From contig CAXTYC010000012.1 in assembly GCA_964248365.1 (NCBI GenBank), positions 94,232-125,669 of the forward strand: a DNA stretch of 31,438 nucleotides. Direction: 5' to 3'. The position numbers were made by a program, and so were the translations under genes. The notes beneath the pieces were generated by a model. That model was not told the origin of the DNA. It did no database searches and saw only the letters and a list, made by a program, of their open reading frames with translations. This document shows, piece after piece, positions 1 through 8,958 of this stretch (its first letter is position 1; each line of letters begins with the position of its first letter). This DNA comes from an uncultured Chroococcidiopsis sp. (GTDB lineage: Bacteria; Cyanobacteriota; Cyanobacteriia; Cyanobacteriales; Chroococcidiopsidaceae).

Positions 1-10
1 TGGTTTTGAG

Positions 11-38
11 CAAAGGACAAAGGACAAAGGACAAAGGA
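11..38. repeat. STRR heptamer (CAAAGGA)x4
   Basis: Four exact tandem copies read directly from the sequence; typical cyanobacterial short tandem repeat. Confidence 0.95.
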
Positions 39-156
39 CTACTTTCTATAGTGGGGCAATTTCTGATAGCTTACAATTAGGCAGTTGTGTAAAAATATCA
101 AGCTTAACGCTCGACGGTTTTTTATCTGCTTTTTTGCTGTGTTGAGAGAAGCACCA

Positions 157-345
157 ATGTTTATAATATTTCAATTAGCCATAGTAGCTCTGGTCTTGTT
201 GTCATTTGCTCTGATCATCGGCGTTCCGGTTGCCTATGCCAGTCCTCAGTATTGGGATGAATCTAAAAGATTGCTCTGGATTGGTTCTATTGCCTGGTTT
301 GGTCTTGTGTTTTTGATTGGTGCGTTAAACTTTTTAGTAGTCTAA
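157..345 (+). CDS. psbZ: Photosystem II reaction centre protein PsbZ (62 aa)
   Basis: [47 protein letters not shown]...LNFLVV has two TM helices and the PsbZ VPV.yASP..W signature. ATG at 157 is preferred over the TTG at 85. Confidence 0.96.
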   Translation: MFIIFQLAIVALVLLSFALIIGVPVAYASPQYWDESKRLLWIGSIAWFGLVFLIGALNFLVV

Positions 346-361
346 AGTGCCTGCTATCAAT

Positions 362-544
362 TCAGTTACCAGCAACCCAGTTACCAGTGAAAAGTAGAAA
401 GTGTGAAAAGTAGATTGTATTTCAAAAATACTCGTTTTTACTTTCTACTATTTACCTTACCCACGTTGGTAACTGGGTTTCTGGAAAGGTAACTGATAAC
501 TGGTAACTGATAACTGGTCACTGGTAACTGATAACTGGTCACTG
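362..544. repeat. STRR arrays in inverted arrangement (CAGTTAC... / (T)GGTAAC, TGATAAC, TGGTCAC)
   Basis: Heptamer runs at about 362-389 and 467-544 are reverse-complementary and could fold back downstream of psbZ. Confidence 0.85.
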
Positions 545-575
545 TTTAAGCCAGCAAGCACCAAATAATTTTTGT

Positions 576-603
576 GTAGGGGCGTTGGCATCAACGCCCC
601 TAT
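576..603. repeat. REP-like GTAG palindrome
   Basis: GTAGGGGCGTTG-GCAT-CAACGCCCCTAT forms a near-perfect inverted repeat. Confidence 0.8.
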
Positions 604-639
604 GTTATTGTGAGTTGAGAGGAGCGATTAAAAATAGCA

Positions 640-1221
640 ATGGCAGTTTTCGAGGGAACTTTTACTCAAACAGAGCCTTTACGGTTTGCTATAGTCATTG
701 CTCGGTTCAATGATCTTGTGATTGGCAAACTGTTAGAAGGTTGTCAAGATTGTCTGAAACGTCACGGTATCGATGCCAATCCTCACGGTGCTCAGGTGGA
801 CTACTTTTATGTACCAGGAAGCTTTGAAATACCAGTAGTAGCTCGACAACTGGCGCTGACACATCACTATGATGCCGTAATTTGTCTAGGCGCAGTGATT
901 CGAGGTCAAACTCCTCATTTTGATATGGTAGCAGGTGAGGTATCTAAGGGAATCGCGGCAGCTGGGTTTCAAACCGGAGTGCCAGTAATTTTTGGCGTTT
1001 TGACTGTAGATACTATGCAGCAAGCTCTGGAAAGAGCAGGCATTAAAAGCAATCTAGGCTGGGAGTATGCGATGAACGCTATAGAAATGGCTAGCCTGAT
1101 GCGTCAATTGCGCTCAAGTGTTACCTTGGAAACCTACGGCAATAATTCCCAGTCTCTACCCGCCTCCTTGAAAAGCGCTGTAGCTGGTGAGTTGCCTGTC
1201 ACGGCTGAAGAAATGGGGTAG
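640..1221 (+). CDS. ribH: 6,7-dimethyl-8-ribityllumazine synthase
   Basis: Motifs [33 protein letters not shown]...[14 protein letters not shown] upstream. Confidence 0.97.
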   Translation: MAVFEGTFTQTEPLRFAIVIARFNDLVIGKLLEGCQDCLKRHGIDANPHGAQVDYFYVPGSFEIPVVARQLALTHHYDAVICLGAVIRGQTPHFDMVAGEVSKGIAAAGFQTGVPVIFGVLTVDTMQQALERAGIKSNLGWEYAMNAIEMASLMRQLRSSVTLETYGNNSQSLPASLKSAVAGELPVTAEEMG

Positions 1222-1230
1222 ACAATTATC

Positions 1231-1346
1231 TATTAGCTATTAGCTTTTAGCTTTTACTGGTAATTGGTAATTGGTAGTTGGTAACTGATAACTGATAAGT
1301 GATAACTGATAAGTGATAACTGGGTTTCTGGTAACTGATAACTGAT
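1231..1346. repeat. STRR heptamer array (TATTAGC, TGGTAAT, TGATAAC, TGATAAG variants)
   Basis: Run of degenerate 7-mers between ribH and the tRNA promoter. Confidence 0.9.
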
Positions 1347-1353
1347 TTAGGGG

Positions 1354-1382
1354 TTGACAAAAACAGGTTAGTATGAGATATT
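1354..1382 (+). promoter_or_regulatory. sigma70-type promoter of tRNA-Gly
   Basis: Perfect TTGACA (1354-1359), a 17-nt spacer, then TG-n-GATATT (extended -10, 1377-1382), 18 nt before the tRNA. Confidence 0.7.
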
Positions 1383-1400
1383 AATAAATACACAGAAAGT

Positions 1401-1472
1401 GCGGGTATAGCTCAGTGGTAGAGCGTCACCTTGCCAAGGTGAATGTCGCGCGTTCGAATCGCGTTACCCGCT
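1401..1472 (+). tRNA. trnG: tRNA-Gly (anticodon GCC)
   Basis: Acceptor stem GCGGGTA/TACCCGC, D-arm AGCTCAGTGGTAGAGC, anticodon arm CACCT-TGCCA-AGGTG, T-loop GTTCGAATC. CCA is not encoded. Confidence 0.97.
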
Positions 1473-1654
1473 TGTTATTTAATCTTCAGAAGCACTAAGC
1501 ACTGATTTATTGTTGAGCTTACTTTTTACCCTTGTTTCCTCTGTGCAAATTATTGTGCTTTAAATTTACAAAGCAATAATGAAAACCAGATATCCACCAA
1601 TACAGAAATCTGGTTAAGCAGTAACTGAAAATTACTTGTTCAAGAAACTTTTTA

Positions 1655-1825
1655 TCAGCTAACAGTGAAAGCAACGAACATTAAACCTGCAAGTAATACG
1701 ACAGCAGCAACACCCCCAATGATGTAGTTTCGCTGTTGTGCTTGGCTGGGTGGATCTGCTTGATAAACCTTGGGTTCTACAGCAAAGTTATTTAAACGAC
1801 CGCCTTCTTCGTTGGTATAGGGCAT
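1655..1825 (-). CDS. psb34: Psb34 / Ssl1498-family light-harvesting-like PSII assembly protein (56 aa; absent from the ORF track)
   Basis: Hand translation MPYTNEEGGRLNNFAVEPKVYQADPPSQAQQRNYIIGGVAAVVLLAGLMFVAFTVS*. Carries the EGGRLNNFA.EPKVY signature plus one C-terminal TM helix, with an AAGGA RBS upstream. Confidence 0.93.
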   Translation of the reverse strand: MPYTNEEGGRLNNFAVEPKVYQADPPSQAQQRNYIIGGVAAVVLLAGLMFVAFTVS

Positions 1826-1895
1826 TAATCCAATCCTTGATATTTTTGTTTTGCTTAACTGTAATCAAAACTAGTATATCTACTATCTGCCTTTG

Positions 1896-1913
1896 GTTAC
1901 AAATCTTTACAAA
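1896..1913. promoter_or_regulatory. HLR1 (RpaB-binding) motif upstream of psb34
   Basis: GTTACAAA-TC-TTTACAAA exactly matches (G/T)TTACA(T/A)(T/A)-N2-(G/T)TTACA(T/A)(T/A). It overlaps the -35 position of a minus-strand promoter whose -10 is TATACT (1878-1873). Confidence 0.8.
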
Positions 1914-1931
1914 AAATTAGGGGGCAGAACA

Positions 1932-2031
1932 GAGCTGAGGAAGCTGAGGGAGCTGAGGGAGCTGAGGGAGATAAATTTCTGGTTCCTCTAGTTCCTCTGG
2001 TTCCTCTAGCCCCTAGTTCCTCTAGCCCCTA
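1932..2031. repeat. Short tandem repeats (AGCTGAGGG 9-mer; GTTCCTCT(A/G)G / CCCCTAG units)
   Basis: Visible tandem units between the psb34 promoter and the glgP stop. Confidence 0.85.
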
Positions 2032-2034
2032 AAA

Positions 2035-4743
2035 TTAGAGCGAAACAGGGTGTGGGGCGATCGCACCGCTTGTTACATCATTCTGGCGTAATTCCCCATT
2101 GAGACTGTGTACTCGTACAGCATTAGGATCATTAGCCCAGAGAATTAACCTTGGCTCATAAGGACTAGACAAGTACTTGTGTTTTGGCAACACACGTAGA
2201 GACAAGCCCTGCAAACCAGAGTAAGTGTAGGTGATGTTAGCTGTGTAAATGGTATGACCAGAGTTATCCTTACCCTGGCATTCCATCACAACTGGAACAC
2301 CGTTGACAATTTCCCCACTAGCATCAACAGAACCCTGGTAAAGTTCTACTTGCACATCATTTGGGGTGAGAGTTGCCAAATCAATTTTGGCTTTGACAGT
2401 AATATCTTGGTTAACTAGAATCTCAGATGGTTCAGAGATATCAATTTCTTCAACCTTAATATAGTTCCAGTGCTGAACCAGATTTGCTTTCCATTGAGCT
2501 AATTCCTTAGCTGGGGCATAATGATTGGCAGTTAAAGAGTGATAGCGATCGCTTGCTGGGAAATAACCGCGCAAGGCATATTCACTTACCATCCGAGATG
2601 TATTAAAAAACGGACAGTTTAACCGGATCGCATCCTTCATTTTGGCAATCCAACGGCGGGGTAAAGCATCATCATCCCGCTCGTAGAACAAAGGCACGAC
2701 TTCCTGTTCGATCAAGTCGTATAGGGCGTTCGCCTCGATCTGATCTTGGTAACTGGGGTCATCATAAACTTCCCCATGTCCAATAGCCCAGCCAGTGTGA
2801 ACATAATCCGCCTCATCCCACCAGCCATCTAAAACACTCAAATTGAGCAAGCCATTCATCGCCGCCTTCATCCCGCTCGTTCCAGAAGCCTCACGAGGAC
2901 GACGAGGCGTGTTGAGCCACACATCGCAACCTGCGACTAACAGACGAGCTACATGAATATCGTAGTTGGGAACAAATACTACCTGCTTTTCTAGTCCTTG
3001 TTCCCGAATGAAGCGGTTAATTTCCCGAATAAGTTCCTTGCCTGGAATATCTTTAGGATGGGCTTTACCAGAGATCACAAATTGTACCTTGCGGTTTCTA
3101 TTCCCCAAGATCTGCTTGATTCTTTCTACATCGCGCATCCACAATGTTGCCCGCTTGTAAGTGGCAAAGCGACGAGCAAAACCAATAGTAAAAGCATAGG
3201 GATCGAGGACTTCTTGTGCCTGGGCAATTTCCGCAGGAGAAGCACCGCGATCGCGTAAATGTTTCACTAGATGCTCTCGCACATATACAATCATATCCAA
3301 GCGACAACGCTCATGATTGCGCCATAATTCCTCATCGGGAATTGCATCCATTCGTTCCCATAACTGGTTTTCCTTTGGGGCTGAAGACCAATTTGGTCCC
3401 AGATAGCGATCGTACAATTCCTGTGTCGCTTTAGCTACACAACTACGGGCATGAACACCATTAGTAATTGCTGTGATTGGCACTTCCTGTTCTGGCAGGT
3501 TCTGCCACAGCCCTTGAAACATATCCCGTGATACAACACCGTGCAGCTGGGCAACACCATTAGCAAACGTTGCCATTTTTAGTGCTAGCACCGCCATACT
3601 GAAAGGCGCACTTAAATCACCTGTTTTTTCCCGCCCTAGTCCGAGAAATTCATCTCTAGACAAGCCAAAAATGTCTGCATAGTAACCCAAATAGTACAAA
3701 ACTTTATCTGGGGGAAATAGGTCAATTCCTGCGGGGACGGGTGTATGGGTAGTGAACAGATTACTTGAAGCAACTACTTGTCTAGCAGAGGGAAAATTCA
3801 AACCCTCCTCTTGCATTAACATCCGAATACGTTCGAGCGCTAAAAACGCCGCGTGTCCTTCGTTCATGTGATACGCTGTTACCTTCAATCCCAGCGCTTT
3901 GAGCATTTTCAATCCACCAATTCCCAGCATAATTTCCTGGTGGATACGCATATCAATATCACCACCATAAAGCTGGTCTGTGATATTGTGGTCGTAAGGA
4001 TTGTTGGGTTCAATGTTGGTATCGAGCATATAGAGCGACACCGTTCCCACCTGCACCCGCCACACTCTAGCATAGACAGTGCGACCTGGATATTCTACGC
4101 CAATCCTTAGCTCGGAGCCATCAGTATTGCGCTCTAGGTGCAGCGGCATATTATAGAAATCGTTAATCGGGTAGCGTTCCTGCTGCCAACCATCAGCATT
4201 GAGATATTGGGCAAAATAACCTTGCTGGTAAAGTAAGCCCACACCAACCAGCGGTAGCCCTAAATCACTAGCAGATTTGAGGTGATCTCCTGCCAAAACA
4301 CCCAAACCACCAGAATAGATGGGCAAGCAATCTACCAAACCAAACTCAGCCGAAAAATAAGCGTAACACTCTTGTCCTTTGTCATTTGTCCTTTGTCCTT
4401 TGTCATCTGACGAATGACTAATGACAAATGACGAATGACTAGTTCTGTGCTTTTCATACCAAGTGCGCTCTTGTAGGTAGTCATCTAATTGACGAGCTGC
4501 TCTATCCATTTGAGCTAGAAAGCCTTCGTCTTCGACAACTTCCTGTAGTCGCGTTTGACTGATGAAACCGAGCATCAAGACGGGGTTGTGACGGCTGGAT
4601 TCCCATAAGTCAGGATCTAGACGGCGAAACAAGTCTTTTGTTTCGACATTCCAGTCCCAGTGCAGGTTATAGGCTAACCGCCGTAGGGGTTCGAGTCGCG
4701 GTGGTAAGGAAGGAGAAACGTTGAATGTACGAATTGGTTGCAT
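2035..4743 (-). CDS. glgP: Alpha-glucan (glycogen) phosphorylase
   Basis: AYFSAEFG, YSGGLGVLAGDHLKSASDLG, HMNEGH, FARRFATYKR and the EASGTSGMK PLP-lysine motif. Contains an in-frame STRR insertion at about 4372-4441. Confidence 0.97.
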   Translation of the reverse strand: MQPIRTFNVSPSLPPRLEPLRRLAYNLHWDWNVETKDLFRRLDPDLWESSRHNPVLMLGFISQTRLQEVVEDEGFLAQMDRAARQLDDYLQERTWYEKHRTSHSSFVISHSSDDKGQRTNDKGQECYAYFSAEFGLVDCLPIYSGGLGVLAGDHLKSASDLGLPLVGVGLLYQQGYFAQYLNADGWQQERYPINDFYNMPLHLERNTDGSELRIGVEYPGRTVYARVWRVQVGTVSLYMLDTNIEPNNPYDHNITDQLYGGDIDMRIHQEIMLGIGGLKMLKALGLKVTAYHMNEGHAAFLALERIRMLMQEEGLNFPSARQVVASSNLFTTHTPVPAGIDLFPPDKVLYYLGYYADIFGLSRDEFLGLGREKTGDLSAPFSMAVLALKMATFANGVAQLHGVVSRDMFQGLWQNLPEQEVPITAITNGVHARSCVAKATQELYDRYLGPNWSSAPKENQLWERMDAIPDEELWRNHERCRLDMIVYVREHLVKHLRDRGASPAEIAQAQEVLDPYAFTIGFARRFATYKRATLWMRDVERIKQILGNRNRKVQFVISGKAHPKDIPGKELIREINRFIREQGLEKQVVFVPNYDIHVARLLVAGCDVWLNTPRRPREASGTSGMKAAMNGLLNLSVLDGWWDEADYVHTGWAIGHGEVYDDPSYQDQIEANALYDLIEQEVVPLFYERDDDALPRRWIAKMKDAIRLNCPFFNTSRMVSEYALRGYFPASDRYHSLTANHYAPAKELAQWKANLVQHWNYIKVEEIDISEPSEILVNQDITVKAKIDLATLTPNDVQVELYQGSVDASGEIVNGVPVVMECQGKDNSGHTIYTANITYTYSGLQGLSLRVLPKHKYLSSPYEPRLILWANDPNAVRVHSLNGELRQNDVTSGAIAPHPVSL

Positions 4744-4768
4744 GAAGTGCGTAGTATTTTTAGATCTA

Positions 4769-4831
4769 GTAGGGGCTGGTTTTTCAAGATTGTCTGGTTC
4801 CCAAACATATATCGATTAAACCCGTCCCTAC
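4769..4831. repeat. REP-like GTAG...CTAC imperfect inverted repeat
   Basis: GTAGGGGCTGGTTT...AAACCCGTCCCTAC arms lie just upstream of the glgP start. Confidence 0.7.
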
Positions 4832-5024
4832 CTCGTTATTGTTGACTCCTTTATGCCTTATTATTAGCAACTTGTGATACTTTTTGAACTCAAAGGCGAT
4901 CGCCTTGTCTCAAACTGGCGACTCTTAGGGGCTGCATTTTGCCGCTGTTAACTGACTATCCACACTTTTTCCACCTGGTAAAATTCCCAGACGATTAGAA
5001 CAAATGTGCTTCGCGCACTTGCTA

Positions 5025-5492
5025 CTACACTAACGGTGTACCACGCGCAACTGTTTCCTCTTCACCCGTTTTACGGGCAAAAAATTGGCTAATCCATTTT
5101 GTCACCATGTGAGACAACAATCCCAAGGGACCTGCAAACAAACACAGTGCGAGAGAGTGAATTGTCCAGATTCCCTTACTTTGTCCTTGCCAATATATCC
5201 AGCGACCGACAAATAAATCCATCACCAGATAATGAATCCATCCCGTCGCCATTACTTTTTCGTCGGCAAAAGCGCGGGCGATATCTGCCAATTGGGGACT
5301 TGACAAAGCCTGGGCATTTTCTGGGGTAATGCTGCTGACGAATAAATACAAGTACAAACTCGCCAACACCACATAGGGAATATATGATTCCATTACCCGC
5401 CGTGTGACTCCCCAATTCGGCAGCAGAATCATCAATGCCCAAAAGGGTAGAACAAACAAATTAGCACCATTGAATAGCAAAGCGATCGCCAT
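5025..5492 (-). CDS. ABA4-like (DUF4281) membrane protein
   Basis: LPFWALMILLPNW, GWIHYLVMDLFVGRWI and HSL.LC..AGP.GLLSH motifs; about 4 TM helices. Confidence 0.88.
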   Translation of the reverse strand: MAIALLFNGANLFVLPFWALMILLPNWGVTRRVMESYIPYVVLASLYLYLFVSSITPENAQALSSPQLADIARAFADEKVMATGWIHYLVMDLFVGRWIYWQGQSKGIWTIHSLALCLFAGPLGLLSHMVTKWISQFFARKTGEEETVARGTPLV

Positions 5493-5537
5493 AGCTGCAA
5501 ATAAAATATGTAGTAACGGCTTTTTGTCTATATAATA

Positions 5538-6746
5538 CTAGCTGGGTAAAGATACTAACTGTGACTCAATTGCAGATGGATTGAGATTTTGACCGATAAA
5601 TACTAACCGAGTTTGCTTTGCTTCATCTGGTTGCCAGGGGCGATCATAAAATTGATCGAAGCGTGTACCTACGCCTTGCAATACCAGCCGCATAGATTTG
5701 TTAGGCACAGCTACAAACCCCTTAATTCGATATATATCTTGTTCCTGTGCTAGGACTTGCAATTGCTTTTGCAAAGCATTCGGTTCAAAGGTGCGGTTTA
5801 AAATCAGGTGAGTTGAGGTAATATCCTCGTCGTGATCGTGATCTTCTTCTGTGTCGTGATGACTGGGACGGCTGTCTAAATTATCCTCAACTGCGGCTTG
5901 AAAACCTAATAAGATAGATGGATCAAGTTTACCGCGATCGCTTGCTACCATCTTCACCACTGGGGGCAGTTCTTTTTCAATCAACTCTACAACAGTAGCT
6001 TGTGTTGTCTGGTCAACTAAATCAGTTTTATTCAACACTATCAAATCAGCACAAGCTAGCTGATCTTCAAACAATTCCTGCAAAGGTGTCTCATGCTCTA
6101 GACTCTCATCTGCTTGCCGCGCGATCTCCACTGCCTCTGGATCACTAGCAAATGTCCCAGCTGCTACCGCCGCACAATCCACGACGGTAATTACAGCATC
6201 CACTGTCGCCGCATTGCGAATTTCATGCCAACGAAAAGCCTTCACCAGTGGCTTAGGCAAAGCAAGCCCAGATGTTTCAATCAAAATGCAATCTATGCTA
6301 TCTCGCCGCTTCAGCAACTCCTGCATCGTGGGCAGAAATTCTTCTTGCACTGTGCAGCACAGACAACCATTGGTCAATTCAACGATTTCAGGCACGAAGC
6401 TAGAGGCTTGAGGCTCATCAGAAGGCGATCTGCGATCTGCGATCTGCGAGAGGTTGGATTTTTCGTTTGTTTCCAGATTTGTGCTATCAGTAGACGTTTT
6501 TTCCTCGTGCCTCGCGCCTCGTGCCTCGTGCCTCGTACCGCTTGCAGATCGCCCCTTGCCTGTTGCATCATCTGGGCAAATTTGACAAGAACGGAGTAAT
6601 TCACCATCAATCCCCAGTTCTCCAAACTCATTAACTAAAACAGCAATGCGTCGTCCCTGGTTATTTTGTAGGATATGACGAATCAGGGTAGTTTTACCAC
6701 TGCCTAAAAATCCAGTAATAACTGTAACGGGAATTTTTGTAGCCAT
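5538..6746 (-). CDS. cobW: Cobalamin biosynthesis protein CobW (COG0523 GTPase)
   Basis: GFLGSGKTT, NEFGE, ELTNGCLCC, IETSGLALPKPL, His/Asp-rich HHDTEEDHDHDED, RIKGF. Has a repeat-derived insertion of roughly 50-55 aa before the CLCC motif. Confidence 0.93.
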   Translation of the reverse strand: MATKIPVTVITGFLGSGKTTLIRHILQNNQGRRIAVLVNEFGELGIDGELLRSCQICPDDATGKGRSASGTRHEARGARHEEKTSTDSTNLETNEKSNLSQIADRRSPSDEPQASSFVPEIVELTNGCLCCTVQEEFLPTMQELLKRRDSIDCILIETSGLALPKPLVKAFRWHEIRNAATVDAVITVVDCAAVAAGTFASDPEAVEIARQADESLEHETPLQELFEDQLACADLIVLNKTDLVDQTTQATVVELIEKELPPVVKMVASDRGKLDPSILLGFQAAVEDNLDSRPSHHDTEEDHDHDEDITSTHLILNRTFEPNALQKQLQVLAQEQDIYRIKGFVAVPNKSMRLVLQGVGTRFDQFYDRPWQPDEAKQTRLVFIGQNLNPSAIESQLVSLPS

Positions 6747-6750
6747 TCTT

Positions 6751-6850
6751 TTGTAATTGGTAATTGGTAGTTGGTAGTTGGTAGTTGGTAACTAGTAACT
6801 GGTAACTGATAACTGGTAACTGGTAACTGATAACTGATAATTGGTAACTG
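6751..6850. repeat. STRR heptamer array (TGGTAAT/TGGTAGT/TGGTAAC/TGATAAC)
   Basis: About 14 degenerate 7-mers directly upstream of the cobW start. Confidence 0.92.
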
Positions 6851-7014
6851 CCCATGCAAGCTGACAATCCTGAAGAATTGATGACCGCACCATCACCAAT
6901 CCCCCAGGATTGTAAGAATTTATTGTTATTTTTCAAGCTTGGCGGCAGGTTCCGGTGATAAATGACAAATGACGAATGACAGCTAAAAGCTACTCGCGCT
7001 CTCGCTAAAAGCTA

Positions 7015-7731
7015 TTAATCTGCAGTTGCCAGTTCAGTGCTACCACGAGAGCGCCGACGAGTCAAGGTGTTAAATAGCATCTGACCGATCGCTTTGATTA
7101 AATTGCCTTCTAACTCTTGGAATAACTTCATATTCATACCAAAAGCGGCATTTGCCTCATCAACAATCCGATGTGCTGTCGCCTCATCAATGGGCAATTC
7201 ATCCAGCCTTGCCCGATAGGTTGCTTTAAACTGCTTTTCATCGGGAATTTCTTCAAATTCATAAAAAGCAGTGCCTTCTCCATCTGAAAGGTTCATTGCT
7301 CTTTGAGCAATGCCTTTCAGAATTTGTCCGCCCGATAAATCACCCATATAGCGAGTATACAAGTGAGCAATCAACAGTTCAGGTTCGGAATTTGACACTT
7401 CCCGAATTCGCTGTACATAAGCCTCGCCTGCTGGGGAAAGGGCGACTTGCTCTCGCCACCCAGAGCCAAAGTAATACTTCAGATCTTGTTCCAGGCTGCG
7501 CTGGCGATTTAGCTGTTGGAAGTAAACTTTTGATAGGATTGGGTGCTCCCGATGCCGCTCCATTTCTTCTTCCATTGCACAGTAGACGAAGTAGAGATTG
7601 CCGACGAGCTTACGGTAAGAAGTTTTCTCAACTACTCCTTTTAAAAAGCACTTGACAAAACCCACGTTTTCTGCCATCGTGTGTGCCTTTTTTGTCCCCT
7701 CACGCAAAAGAGTTGCTAGATTGCTGCTCAT
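7015..7731 (-). CDS. ho1: Heme oxygenase (biliverdin-producing)
   Basis: LREGTKKAHTMAENVGF, HLYTRYMGDLSGGQILK, EANAAFGMNM and a C-terminal GSTELAT, typical of cyanobacterial HO1. Confidence 0.95.
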   Translation of the reverse strand: MSSNLATLLREGTKKAHTMAENVGFVKCFLKGVVEKTSYRKLVGNLYFVYCAMEEEMERHREHPILSKVYFQQLNRQRSLEQDLKYYFGSGWREQVALSPAGEAYVQRIREVSNSEPELLIAHLYTRYMGDLSGGQILKGIAQRAMNLSDGEGTAFYEFEEIPDEKQFKATYRARLDELPIDEATAHRIVDEANAAFGMNMKLFQELEGNLIKAIGQMLFNTLTRRRSRGSTELATAD

Positions 7732-7832
7732 GCTAAATTTCTCAAGTTAAAATTAACGGTCTATCAGCCAGAACACAGAGCAAAATAAAAATTGCACCTA
7801 AATCGTTACATTAGACTGAATTGATGAGAAAA

Positions 7833-7850
7833 TTTGTTAAAAATTCTAAA
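7833..7850 (-). promoter_or_regulatory. Possible HLR1-like site upstream of ho1
   Basis: Minus strand TTTAGAAT-TT-TTAACAAA has one mismatch per half-site; the AT-rich context weakens it. Confidence 0.3.
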
Positions 7851-7975
7851 GTAGTGGAACCAGTGGAACCAGTGGAACCAGGTGCTAGAGAATGGATAGG
7901 TGGTATGTGGTAGGTAAGATTCACCATCACACCCGATCACCCTGTCTCCCCATCAGCCTTTACGAGAAAAATTAA

Positions 7976-8797
7976 ATGTCTAGTAGCGTATCTGCCGCAT
8001 GGCTGTATGAACATTTGGAAGATGCTCAGATAGCGATCGCCGATTGTCGTTTTTCCTTGAGTGAACCCCTACTCGGTCGGCAACAGTATCAAACAAGTCA
8101 CATCCCAGGTGCATACTACCTAGATTTAAATCAGGATCTCTCCAGTCCGGTAGGTAAGCATGGGGGGCGGCATCCCTTACCCACACCAACCGATTTAGCT
8201 GATAAATTGTCGGCAATGGGGGTAAATTCCCAAACATTAGTTGTTGCTTACGATGACTCCCGCTTTGCCTTTGCTGCTCGTCTGTGGTGGTTATTGCGTT
8301 ACATGGGACATCAGCGAGTAGCTGTCTTAGATGGAGGTTTCCAAGCTTGGGTAAAAGCGGGTTTACCAGTCACAGATATAATTCCCCCACCAAGACAAGG
8401 TAATTTTGTGCCGCATCTGGAAGCATCACGGCTAGTAGACATAGAAATCGTGAAAGCTCGTAAAGACATACCCCATGTGGCGCTAGTAGATTCGCGCGAG
8501 AGCGATCGCTATCGAGGTGAGCGAGAACCAATAGATCCTATTGCTGGACATATTCCAGGTGCAGTTAATTATCCCTGGCAAGAGGTTACTGATACTCAAG
8601 GCTACCTGAAATCTAGCGCCGAGCAACGCGATCGCTGGCAAAATCTAGAACAAGCCGAGGAAATTTTAGTCTATTGCGGTTCTGGTGTTACAGCCTGCGT
8701 CAACTTACTATCTTTAGAAATGGCTGGGATTGACACAGGTAAACTTTATGCTGGAAGCTGGAGCGATTGGTGTTCTTATCTAGGGGCTAGAGGCTAG
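7976..8797 (+). CDS. Tandem-domain rhodanese / sulfurtransferase (SseA-like)
   Basis: HIPGAYYLDL, GRHPLP, VLDGG, DPIAGHIPGA, active-site YCGSGVTAC and LYAGSWSDW. Confidence 0.93.
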   Translation: MSSSVSAAWLYEHLEDAQIAIADCRFSLSEPLLGRQQYQTSHIPGAYYLDLNQDLSSPVGKHGGRHPLPTPTDLADKLSAMGVNSQTLVVAYDDSRFAFAARLWWLLRYMGHQRVAVLDGGFQAWVKAGLPVTDIIPPPRQGNFVPHLEASRLVDIEIVKARKDIPHVALVDSRESDRYRGEREPIDPIAGHIPGAVNYPWQEVTDTQGYLKSSAEQRDRWQNLEQAEEILVYCGSGVTACVNLLSLEMAGIDTGKLYAGSWSDWCSYLGARG

Positions 8798-8956
8798 GGG
8801 CAAAGGGGCTAGGGGCGAGAAAAGTGTGAAGTGTGAAGTGTGAAGGTAGAAGGTAGAAGTATGTAGGCAAAGCCGCACCCGTTGGGTAGTGTGAAATTTC
8901 AACCTTTATCCTTTACCCTTTATCCTTTACCCTTTCAACAGTTACCAATTACCAAA
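8782..8956. repeat. Mixed STRR arrays (GGCTAGG/GGCTAGA, AAGTGTG, AAGGTAG, CCTTTAT/CCTTTAC) between convergent genes
   Basis: Tandem 7-mers visible, with a short GC-rich palindromic insert (GCAAAGCCGCACCCGTTGGGT) inside. Confidence 0.85.
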
Positions 8957-8958
8957 GC

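Noticed and set aside
85..156. 24-aa N-terminal extension of PsbZ in the ORF track
   Set aside because: PsbZ is about 62 aa and the in-frame ATG at 157 gives the canonical protein.
1401..1660. tRNA-Gly as an island integration site
   Set aside because: No integrase, and no duplicated tRNA 3' end was seen in the window.
1738..1920. 60-aa plus-strand ORF
   Set aside because: It is antisense to psb34 and its promoter, with no recognisable motif.
6694..6936. 80-aa ORF upstream of cobW
   Set aside because: It is largely a translation of STRR heptamers (YQLSVISYQLPV) and overlaps cobW out of frame.
6848..7014. Canonical cobalamin riboswitch
   Set aside because: It lacks the GGGAA core and the GCAACUGU-type element, and there is no room before the ho1 stop. 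Kept only as an unknown structured-leader candidate.
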